Shown: one piece after another, positions 1-7,209 of the stretch
Position numbering within the stretch: position 1 is the first letter of the stretch
Layout: every line of letters begins with the position of its first letter
Virus record (IMG/VR): IMGVR_UViG_3300024518_001962
Location: 1-60,755 of that record
DNA from: a virus
Lineage: Duplodnaviria; Caudoviricetes
Reading direction: 5' to 3' (one strand)
DNA length: 60,755 nt
Translations under genes and position numbers: made by a program
Notes under the pieces: generated by a model
What the model was told of the DNA's origin: nothing
Database searches by the model: none
What the model saw: the letters and a program-made list of their open reading frames with translations, nothing else

Positions 1-687
1 GGCTTGGGGCGCTCGGTTCCGCGCCAGCAGCTCCTCCTTCTCGCTAGCCACACTTGCCTCAGTAGAAACAAGGGGTTGTCCGTCTGCTTTGAGTTTTAGC
101 TGGTTAAGTTCAGCGAGCATTTCTTCCCTTGACATCTCGCTCACATCTTTTAGTGGGTCAGGCGGCTTTTCCTCTTTGCTAAGTCTGCCGACAGCTTTCA
201 TGCATATTTCATGTGCCCTAGTTGCGGCCCCTTCCTGCCCCAGTGCGTGAGCGGCATTTCGAATCTTCACCAACTCTACGAGAGCGAGGTCATCCACTTT
301 AAATTCACGGATAACATCTGCTCTTTCAAGCAGATGCTCTATATAGGCTCTAGCGAGTTCAGAGCGTGTGATAGTTGACTTGGAGGTGTAGTATTTCACC
401 CCAGCGTTCTCACAGGCCTGCTTGAGGCTCATTCCCCCCAGATACATGCCTTCCAGCACTTTTCGTGTACCTGTGTCCATTTGCGCGTAGACCATATCGA
501 TAAGATTCTGGTCAGGCGTGGTGTAATCGCCGGGTTTTTCCGATGAATTCTCCACCACATCGGCATCTGGCACCGGTGATTTCTTCTTGGCCGTGGAAGA
601 CTTCTTTGAACTCGACTTCTTGGAGTCTGGTGTTGAAACGATAGACAACTTTAACTTTTTTTCCGATGAGGGTTTTCCTCTTACCAT
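1..687 (-). CDS. terS: Terminase small subunit, 3' end truncated by window edge (not in ORF track)
   Basis: Open frame from ATG 687 (SD GGAGGT 5 nt upstream; alternative ATGs at 732 and 495) to position 1. Translation contains HTH-like GMSLKQACENAGVKY, then LALVELVKIRNAAHALGQEGAATRAHEICMKAVGRL and DVSEMSREEMLAELNQL, typical of phage TerS. Confidence 0.75.
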   Translation of the reverse strand, partial: MVRGKPSSEKKLKLSIVSTPDSKKSSSKKSSTAKKKSPVPDADVVENSSEKPGDYTTPDQNLIDMVYAQMDTGTRKVLEGMYLGGMSLKQACENAGVKYYTSKSTITRSELARAYIEHLLERADVIREFKVDDLALVELVKIRNAAHALGQEGAATRAHEICMKAVGRLSKEEKPPDPLKDVSEMSREEMLAELNQLKLKADGQPLVSTEASVASEKEELLARNRAPQA

Positions 688-1093
688 TCCATACCTCCGC
701 TCCACATTTTTCACATCCGATAGATACGTCATCTTCTCCGTTTTGATTAACAAACACAGTTAATCGTAGAAAGGAATTTATATCTGAGTTAGCTGTGTCT
801 GCCAACGGGTCACTGTGCCTTGCGTCCAGATTTGCTCCACTTAATGTTGAATGTTTTATTACATCGCTTGGTGTCTTATCTGGCAATGCTTCCCAAGCGG
901 GGCAATCACGTTCGGGAATATTCTTAAAGATTTCATTGAATTGTCCTGGCGCATTATCGTCCTCGATTTTATTCAACAGCCATTGTGGGAGTGGGAATGT
1001 GCAATTACCCGAGTTCTCCCATCCGTGTGCCAATCTGAGTTTGTCAGTTTCCCATTGTGCGTGGCGACAGTTCAGGCAATCTCTCATTCGCAA
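512..1093 (-). CDS. Cys-rich hypothetical protein (CxxC...GxC...CPxW family, paralogue of 5633..6031 and 6620..7048)
   Basis: DCLNCRHAQW...GNCTFPLP...DCPAWE; 3' part overlaps the terS frame. Confidence 0.6.
   Translation of the reverse strand: MRMRDCLNCRHAQWETDKLRLAHGWENSGNCTFPLPQWLLNKIEDDNAPGQFNEIFKNIPERDCPAWEALPDKTPSDVIKHSTLSGANLDARHSDPLADTANSDINSFLRLTVFVNQNGEDDVSIGCEKCGAEVWNGKRKTLIGKKVKVVYRFNTRLQEVEFKEVFHGQEEITGARCRCGGEFIGKTRRLHHA
777..805 (-). promoter_or_regulatory. Putative sigma70 promoter upstream of terS
   Basis: TTGGCA-N17-TATAAA on minus strand. Confidence 0.45.
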
Positions 1094-1154
1094 CCTCTAT
1101 TAACCACGAGACTAAAGAAAGCGACTGCCATTATCACGATTAGAAATATACGTA

Positions 1155-1394
1155 TCATCGCTTACACCTCCTATGTGCGAGCCACTCGGCGGTTTTGATA
1201 TCTTTTTTTTCTTTTGTCACCAGCTTGTATGATATTTCTTCAAAGCATTCACTAAATGCCTTCCCTATATCTTTTTCGGCCCAGTAGACGTAAACCAGCG
1301 ATAACATCATGAATCCCATGATTACCATCATAAGATTACGGGCGTATTTATCCCAACGCACTGGAGTATCCATGAATTTCTTCCAAGTAATCAT
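1155..1394 (-). CDS. Small membrane protein
   Basis: One hydrophobic segment LMMVIMGFMMLSLVYVYW; ATGA overlap with upstream gene. Confidence 0.6.
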   Translation of the reverse strand: MITWKKFMDTPVRWDKYARNLMMVIMGFMMLSLVYVYWAEKDIGKAFSECFEEISYKLVTKEKKDIKTAEWLAHRRCKR

Positions 1395-1723
1395 GTGAGT
1401 TCCTCTCCGGTAGGCCCTAACAGTCGTGGCCGTGTTGGCCCTTTCAGTGCTGCCACCTCGGTGACGAGTTTGTTGTGTGCCTCGGCCATCATCTTGAGCA
1501 TACGCAGGAGTCCGGCGACATCATCTTTGAGGTCTACTAATTGGGGTGTGATGGCACCCAGTTGCGTTATCACACCTGCATGGTCACGCCTTGCGTTATT
1601 CAGGGAGAAGACGATTTCATTGAGCTTCTGTATATTTTCCTTTACATCCTTATCGATACCATCTTCATCTTCGTGTAGGTCAGGTGGTATCTCGAAAGGT
1701 TCTATGTGGTATGCCTCGTTCAT
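1391..1723 (-). CDS. Hypothetical coiled-coil protein (KxNE-I-V..xN motif)
   Basis: IQKLNEIVFSLN; ATGA-coupled. Confidence 0.7.
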   Translation of the reverse strand: MNEAYHIEPFEIPPDLHEDEDGIDKDVKENIQKLNEIVFSLNNARRDHAGVITQLGAITPQLVDLKDDVAGLLRMLKMMAEAHNKLVTEVAALKGPTRPRLLGPTGEELT

Positions 1724-2286
1724 GATTTATCTCCCCAGATGAGTTTGATAATTTCCTTAGCCTCACCCTTGATGTGGAATGAAGTACCATCAGCCATTTT
1801 CACCTTGCATCTTCCGTACTCTCTTTTGCCGTTCACTTTTATTACATCACTCACTGCCATGACATATTTTACTTTGATGGTGATATCCTGAAACTCCCGC
1901 ATGGACTCGTTACCAACCCAGAGGAGGATTTCCCGTAGCGTGACGAGTTTGTCATCTGCGATACCGGCCGCTGGACTTTTCTCAATACTATCCAGTCTAT
2001 TTTCTATTTCCTTGACATTGCCAGCCATCGAGAGGATGAATTTATCGTTGAGTTTATAGAACTCATCCTTGACGGATGGTTTTTCCTCCAGCATTTGCAC
2101 CCGGCCGTACAGTTGTTGCAGGCCATCCACTTTGGGTTCGATGTCATTTACGCGCTCGAAAAGCGAACCAGTTTGTGTGTAGAGTTTTTTGACATCGTGT
2201 ACCACGGCATTCACCCAGCTAACCAGATTATTGATATGCCGCACGATTGAATTTGTATCTGTCTCTCTCAGTTCATCGATGCTCAT
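1720..2286 (-). CDS. Hypothetical coiled-coil protein (same motif family)
   Basis: IVRHINNLVSWVN; ATGA-coupled. Confidence 0.7.
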   Translation of the reverse strand: MSIDELRETDTNSIVRHINNLVSWVNAVVHDVKKLYTQTGSLFERVNDIEPKVDGLQQLYGRVQMLEEKPSVKDEFYKLNDKFILSMAGNVKEIENRLDSIEKSPAAGIADDKLVTLREILLWVGNESMREFQDITIKVKYVMAVSDVIKVNGKREYGRCKVKMADGTSFHIKGEAKEIIKLIWGDKS

Positions 2287-2465
2287 CTCTCATCTCCTTG
2301 GGCGTTCTCTTGTGGCATCCCTTCCTGAAGCGGAACTTTATTCCAGTCAATATTTTCCAGTAAGACGTTATGCCAATTCACCTGTTTGACGATTTCGTTA
2401 ATTTTCTTTCGCACTGCAGGGCTAGCATCTGCTTGCCAACTTAAATCTTCAATTTTATCCATCAC
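2283..2465 (-). CDS. Small hypothetical protein (same motif family)
   Basis: KIEDL...VRKKINEIVKQVN. Confidence 0.65.
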   Translation of the reverse strand: MMDKIEDLSWQADASPAVRKKINEIVKQVNWHNVLLENIDWNKVPLQEGMPQENAQGDER

Positions 2466-3295
2466 TTCTCTCCTTTTGGTTTCGTCTTGAATCCCTTGAA
2501 CGGATTAGTTCGATGGTCAGGCACGTAGCCTGGTGTGATGTTTCCCTCTCTGATTGCTTTAGCACGAGTGGCGTAGATGATAATTGTCTGGTCGAAGATA
2601 TCCTCGGCCAGTCCCATGAAGATGGCCTTCATTTCTTTGTACATTTCGATAGTGACTGTACCGTCAGACAGCATCGTGATGGCTCGCGCTCTCTCGCCCT
2701 CGGTATATTTCCTTTTACGGCGAGCCATTCTTTGTTGGACTTTACGTTGGTGTTTCCTTTTGGATTCCCGGCCCTCTCGGCTTTCCTTCTCGGAGTAGAG
2801 GAAGGATTCGTAGAGTGAATAGAACTGGGCGGCGCCATCCCACCAACCGGCAACCCCATCGACCTCGACACGCAGGGCATCTAAACCGCGGCGATGCTGG
2901 CGGAACATAATTGGCAGGTGGTCTGGATTAGTGCAGTGAGAATATCCGCAAAGGTTATAAACCTGAATTCCCACTGGATCCTCGCGCTGCGTGAAAGGCG
3001 CTGCGAAGAGCTCCATGAGTTTAGAGCGATGTTCTTTCATGGCCACGTATCTCGGCAGTGACTGAAATCTGCCAGCTACCTTGATACGTGGTGAGCCATT
3101 CTTGATGTACTCGGTAGTCCAGATGCATGGTGATGCGAGTGCGGCGGTACGGGGTTCCCATATGCCGTCACAGTCAGATGTCCCGGCCCAGTATTCTGGC
3201 CATGGCATGGTGGGCACCACCTCGACCTTTCCGCCCACCTCGCCTACCACATTCATCAGTTCATTTGCGTTTGGCGCGTCTTCCCAGTCAGGCAT
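2462..3295 (-). CDS. Protein with degenerate HNH (Zn-loop) domain and basic C-terminal region
   Basis: CIWT...NGSPRIKVAG...LPRY...QVYNLCGYSHCTNPDHL resembles the CW.W...GYG...AHR...H.C.N..CVNP.HL HNH pattern, but key His residues are replaced. Confidence 0.55.
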   Translation of the reverse strand: MPDWEDAPNANELMNVVGEVGGKVEVVPTMPWPEYWAGTSDCDGIWEPRTAALASPCIWTTEYIKNGSPRIKVAGRFQSLPRYVAMKEHRSKLMELFAAPFTQREDPVGIQVYNLCGYSHCTNPDHLPIMFRQHRRGLDALRVEVDGVAGWWDGAAQFYSLYESFLYSEKESREGRESKRKHQRKVQQRMARRKRKYTEGERARAITMLSDGTVTIEMYKEMKAIFMGLAEDIFDQTIIIYATRAKAIREGNITPGYVPDHRTNPFKGFKTKPKGEK

Positions 3296-3359
3296 TTCCA
3301 GCTCCTCTTGGTGGTAGACCTGTCAGTAGGCCATTAAAATCGCTTCTACCCCCCTTAAA

Positions 3360-3878
3360 TCAATTCTGAGGGATTTTTTGGGCATACTCACTAAGTCGAA
3401 GTTTCACGAATTTAGTCATATACCAGTAACTTCCTAATTGTTTAATTTCCACATGGTCGCAAATTTTCTCCAGAGTGGGAAATTTTCCATGCTCCAGAAA
3501 GTATTCGACTGCGAAGATAGCTATCCTTGGGCCGACATTAAAATTCTTTTTTCCTTCTGATTCTCCGTGGCATGCCCTGCAGAGCAATTTAAGGTTTTCG
3601 GTAGCGTGGTCGGTTGAATCTCCATTAACATGATGGAATTGAATACCTACCTGAGAACCACACGCACATCTGAATTTAGCTTTCTTCATCAACTCCCACA
3701 GCACGTTAGTTTCTGGGGCGGAATTTCCGAAATTAGAATTCGCTCTCCAATTCGCTGTTGTGGCCCCTGGTGAACCTGGGCTAATCATTGTAAGTACGGC
3801 CATCATTGCTTCATGTTCTGTAACCTGAAAAATTTCCAGAAAATCCTTCAACTCGATTTCACCTGTCACATAATTCAT
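3360..3878 (-). CDS. HNH endonuclease with possible C-terminal HTH
   Basis: RCACG...QFHHVNGDSTDHATENLKLLCRACH; strong SD AAGGAGG before ATG 3878 (MNYVTG); AT-richer than neighbours. Confidence 0.8.
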   Translation of the reverse strand: MNYVTGEIELKDFLEIFQVTEHEAMMAVLTMISPGSPGATTANWRANSNFGNSAPETNVLWELMKKAKFRCACGSQVGIQFHHVNGDSTDHATENLKLLCRACHGESEGKKNFNVGPRIAIFAVEYFLEHGKFPTLEKICDHVEIKQLGSYWYMTKFVKLRLSEYAQKIPQN

Positions 3879-3969
3879 AATTTCCTCCTTCCCAGAAATG
3901 TATACTTCTAATACACTTACTACAACCATACACTCAGTACGCACCGTCTTTTCCTAAAACCTCGACAAT

Positions 3970-4460
3970 GGGCGGCGGCCAAAAAACCGCCACCCCTTAT
4001 TATTATTAATAATAATAGCCGAAAATGCAGTTCCGTTATGTCCGTACGCTTCCAAATTATAGCTCGTTGAATTTAATGGCGTTGTCCTCTGCGAGCATAT
4101 GGACATGACGGTAATACCTTTCCTCGAAACTACTTAAATAAACGGGCACTTTTTGAAGCCTATGTTGCCTTTCAGGGGCCGTGACATTACAATGTATTTT
4201 TCAAATCCGCCGGGACTTGCTTCTCCGTTATGTCCGTGCGCCTCCCACCTGTAACCCATTGATAGTTTCTACTGTTACGCCTCCGGAGTCTACGGACACA
4301 ACGGGGGGTGCTAATCGGGATGTCCGTGGGCTTTTCACCTATAACTACCTGATAAATGCCATGTTACAGCATAAAAGCTTACGGACATAACGACATTACA
4401 ATTCAAAAAAAGTGCGCACATGCGTACAGCTTGTCTTGTCATGATTTCAACCACTTACAG
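3970..4460. repeat. Non-coding origin-like region: 20-bp AT palindrome and three inverted-repeat units each enclosing an IHF-like site
   Basis: TATTATTATTAATAATAATA 3998-4017; CCGTTATGTCCGT-like copies at 4033(+), 4099(-), 4225(+), 4292(-), 4315(+), 4381(-); YAANNNNTTGATW-like sites at 4060, 4252, 4342. Confidence 0.7.
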
Positions 4461-4532
4461 AACATCCTACTTTTAGTCATGTTTAAGCTTTTCTAGTGCC
4501 TGGAACTCCCCCGGCATACCACATGTTGTGGT

Positions 4533-5039
4533 TTATTCCTCTTCATTTTGATGCAATCCCAGCGGTTCATAAATGATAATGAGGCAGTCCGGGCACAATG
4601 TCATGTCGGCAATCGAGGCCGAACGGTCATTTTGCTGCGCGGCCTCGGTGTTCTCCTCACGTAGAAATGGGTAGATACGCAGGGTCACCCAGCCCATGGG
4701 AATCGGCTCATCTGCCGGGCAGGTCATCGTTTTATCGCACTCGAAATGGTCACACTTGAACTCCAACAGTTTGGCTACGCTCATTTGCTTCTCCTGATTA
4801 AGGGTTCGTGATTCAAGCCATTTAATGACACCCCCCACACGATAACGGACGCATCGGGGGGAAAGTTTTATCCATGGGGGGCCTTCATCGTCCTTGCACC
4901 GGGAAATTTCCCACAACTGGACACTCGTGCCAGTCCATTCAGCCAACTGTTTAGTGGAGATCAGTTGATCTGTTTCAAGTTGAAGCCGTCCGATTGAAAC
5001 GATATCAGGTGCGCGTTTATCTAGGTGAAATCGTTTCAT
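4533..5039 (-). CDS. AlpA/excisionase-like winged-HTH DNA-binding protein fused to Cys-rich domain
   Basis: LISTKQLAEWTGTSVQLWEISR...GPPWIKLSPRCVRYRVGGVIKWLESR; C-terminal CDHFEC...CPDC. Confidence 0.75.
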   Translation of the reverse strand: MKRFHLDKRAPDIVSIGRLQLETDQLISTKQLAEWTGTSVQLWEISRCKDDEGPPWIKLSPRCVRYRVGGVIKWLESRTLNQEKQMSVAKLLEFKCDHFECDKTMTCPADEPIPMGWVTLRIYPFLREENTEAAQQNDRSASIADMTLCPDCLIIIYEPLGLHQNEEE

Positions 5040-5215
5040 TGTCCTCTCCCTTTCGGTGTCTGTTTTTCGTACCCGGGCGGCGTGAATTCATGCTTACAAT
5101 CGGCACATCTCAGAAATGCCTCCGGGTAATATGTCGGCCCCTCACCCAGATCCTTCAGGCTGGTTTTACAACTGGCATACTCACATCCACATTTCGGACA
5201 AGCTATAAATTTCAT
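5036..5215 (-). CDS. 59-aa zinc-ribbon protein (not in ORF track)
   Basis: MKFIACPKCGCEY...LRCADCKHEF; SD GGGGA; ATGA overlap with 4533..5039. Confidence 0.65.
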   Translation of the reverse strand: MKFIACPKCGCEYASCKTSLKDLGEGPTYYPEAFLRCADCKHEFTPPGYEKQTPKGRGQ

Positions 5216-5223
5216 GTTCCCCC

Positions 5224-5418
5224 CTAATTCATGTTCTCGAAATATGCCCAGAATTCGTCCGAATCAGGCGGCAATCCCAGCTTCTCCACCACCCACTCAT
5301 GCCGCTTCATCACCTTTTCTGTGGCCTCGATATTCGTGCCGAACCATGGATTTTCAGCCGCCCACATGAGAGCGCGGCGGTGATGCCACTCGCCCTCGTA
5401 GAGTGGTGGATAGTTCAT
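5224..5418 (-). CDS. Mini-protein homologous to scaffold-protein conserved domain
   Basis: ALMWAAENPWFG...TEKVMKRH...GLPPDSDEFW aligns with scaffold AVAWAEKTEWFG...TDYAMQQH...GFDPKSDEYY. Confidence 0.7.
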   Translation of the reverse strand: MNYPPLYEGEWHHRRALMWAAENPWFGTNIEATEKVMKRHEWVVEKLGLPPDSDEFWAYFENMN

Positions 5419-5642
5419 TTCCAGGCCCTCACCAGCTCTTTTTTCAGGCGCCCATTCGATGCACGAAGGTCATTTATCTCGCTCACATCCTCGTTCCGTT
5501 GGCGAGTTTTATTCACCTCTTCCTTCTCAAGGGCAACCAACAGCTTCTCTATATACTGTCGGCACTCATGGCAGGAGATGCCGCAGATATCCAGATGATC
5601 CTTTGCCTCTTTTTTAAGTTCCTCATTCCACCTCATCCCCAC
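5415..5642 (-). CDS. Hypothetical protein (Cys cluster plus coiled coil)
   Basis: CGISCHEC; ATGA-coupled. Confidence 0.6.
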   Translation of the reverse strand: MGMRWNEELKKEAKDHLDICGISCHECRQYIEKLLVALEKEEVNKTRQRNEDVSEINDLRASNGRLKKELVRAWK

Positions 5643-6031
5643 ACGCTCCTTACGGCGTTCACGGCCGCATCGAGGTCGTTAATAAAGGTTGCACCCACTT
5701 GCTCGACAGCCGGGGTGCCCGGTGTGCGCTTTCGCGTATCCTCAATCACACGAGTAGCCGTGCGTGTCAGCGCGTCCACCACCTTATCCCGCTGGTCCAA
5801 ATCAAAGGACTCACGGCTTCTCGTGCTTTTGATTTGATCGTCAGTCGGCCGCCAGCAGGGACACTCTAGCCACGGTTGCTGCCACACGAGGTCATTTCTT
5901 GCTGGGCATTGATATACATTCCCGTGCGTTGCGTATGGCTGTGGTGCGTTGCAATGGCCGAACGTGGGGAAGATTGGCTTTTCATTAAAGGCCCAATCAG
6001 CCCAACCGCAGTTCTGACAGTTATCCATCAA
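5633..6031 (-). CDS. Cys-rich hypothetical protein (CxxCGWAxW...GxCxAPQ...PWLECPxWR family)
   Basis: Clear paralogue of 6620..7048. Confidence 0.75.
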   Translation of the reverse strand: MMDNCQNCGWADWAFNEKPIFPTFGHCNAPQPYATHGNVYQCPARNDLVWQQPWLECPCWRPTDDQIKSTRSRESFDLDQRDKVVDALTRTATRVIEDTRKRTPGTPAVEQVGATFINDLDAAVNAVRSVWG

Positions 6032-6396
6032 TCACACCTCCTATGGGTTTCACGGGGCATCTCCTTTGCCATGGCGTGTACCTTATCGAAGAGTTTTTGA
6101 TATGGCCCCACTTCGCTCTCGGCCATATGACCACCAGACTGCTCGTGCATGATTAACTTCGTACCCAAGGCGCGTGTCAGGTAGAACAACTCGTCCCTCG
6201 TGAACACCTGCCCACCCACCTTCATGGGCGGGGGTGATCTATCAATCACTCGCCTGTCCTTCCGGCGCCGCATGAACCCATCCTGTGTGGATTTTACCCG
6301 CCGCTCACCACCTTCCCGGCGATCCATGTCCGGCCACGCTTCTATTAATTGCTCATTGCTTATCCTGTCCCAGAACCAATGCTTCATCTCACTCAT
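6028..6396 (-). CDS. Hypothetical protein with ERR/DRR repeats
   Basis: DRREGGERR...RRRKDRRVIDR. Confidence 0.65.
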   Translation of the reverse strand: MSEMKHWFWDRISNEQLIEAWPDMDRREGGERRVKSTQDGFMRRRKDRRVIDRSPPPMKVGGQVFTRDELFYLTRALGTKLIMHEQSGGHMAESEVGPYQKLFDKVHAMAKEMPRETHRRCD

Positions 6397-6623
6397 TTCT
6401 TGCTCCTCTCTCTGTCTAACGGCTCCTCGGTTAGCGGTGCAATTTTCCCGGCAATCTCGACAATATTGTCTCCCAGCTTTATGGCCCCTTCATGAGATCC
6501 GTCAATATGTTTCAGGTGTTCAAGGATGCAGTAGCGAATAATTCGCCATTCACCCATGCTGAGTTGATTCTCGATGCGCCACTTCTCCTTGACTGTGTCG
6601 AAATTAATATCCTCGCTCATCAC
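6393..6623 (-). CDS. Hypothetical protein
   Basis: ORF coupled to neighbours by 4-nt overlaps. Confidence 0.6.
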   Translation of the reverse strand: MMSEDINFDTVKEKWRIENQLSMGEWRIIRYCILEHLKHIDGSHEGAIKLGDNIVEIAGKIAPLTEEPLDRERSKK

Positions 6624-7048
6624 ACCCTCCCCATGCCTGGGTTGTCGTGAATCACATCTTTTGCCGCTTCCTCGATGTCCTCCACCTGCCTTTGGTGAGT
6701 GACACGAACTGTCTTTCCTTGCGAACCGCCTTGATCCTGGCAGAGGTCTTTCACTAACGACATGAATTCCTTAAGGTTACTCATCTTGTTGGAGTATTTC
6801 ATGTCAGCCCGTTGTAGGTCCTTGGCATGTTCCTCGTCAGTGAGTCGCCACAAAGGACACTCCAGCCACGGCGCATTCCAGTTGAGCTCTTTATAGTATC
6901 CACCTCCATGGGTAATCGTAGGTGTGCAGTGTGCTTGTGGTGCGTGACATTTCCCGGCAGTGCGGAATGGTCGAGGTGTGTTCAGGTCTGTCTCGTCTAG
7001 TGATTGGGTAGGCCATGCGGCCCACCCACAATCCCGGCAACTGTTCAT
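6620..7048 (-). CDS. Cys-rich hypothetical protein (paralogue of 5633..6031)
   Basis: CRDCGWAAW...GKCHAPQ...WNAPWLECPLWR. Confidence 0.75.
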   Translation of the reverse strand: MNSCRDCGWAAWPTQSLDETDLNTPRPFRTAGKCHAPQAHCTPTITHGGGYYKELNWNAPWLECPLWRLTDEEHAKDLQRADMKYSNKMSNLKEFMSLVKDLCQDQGGSQGKTVRVTHQRQVEDIEEAAKDVIHDNPGMGRV

Positions 7049-7209
7049 CTAAACGCCTCCCAGTATTCATCTGATTCAGGCACAACGCCTCTCTCTATAA
7101 GTGCGAAGTGTTTCTTCATTGCTCGATCTGTGGCCACCTTGTTCCTGCCGAACCATGGATTTTTGACAACCCAGTCTCGGCATTTTTCTGATACTTCAAC
7201 GTATAACAT
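7045..7209 (-). CDS. 54-aa mini-protein homologous to scaffold conserved domain (not in ORF track)
   Basis: MLYVEVSEKCRDWVVKNPWFGRNKVATDRAMKKHFALIERGVVPESDEYWEAFR; ATGA overlap with 6620..7048. Confidence 0.7.
   Translation of the reverse strand: MLYVEVSEKCRDWVVKNPWFGRNKVATDRAMKKHFALIERGVVPESDEYWEAFR

Noticed and set aside
4033-4393. Repeats as a CRISPR mini-array
   Set aside because: Repeats are 13 bp, degenerate and alternate in orientation; the spacers share a motif rather than being unique
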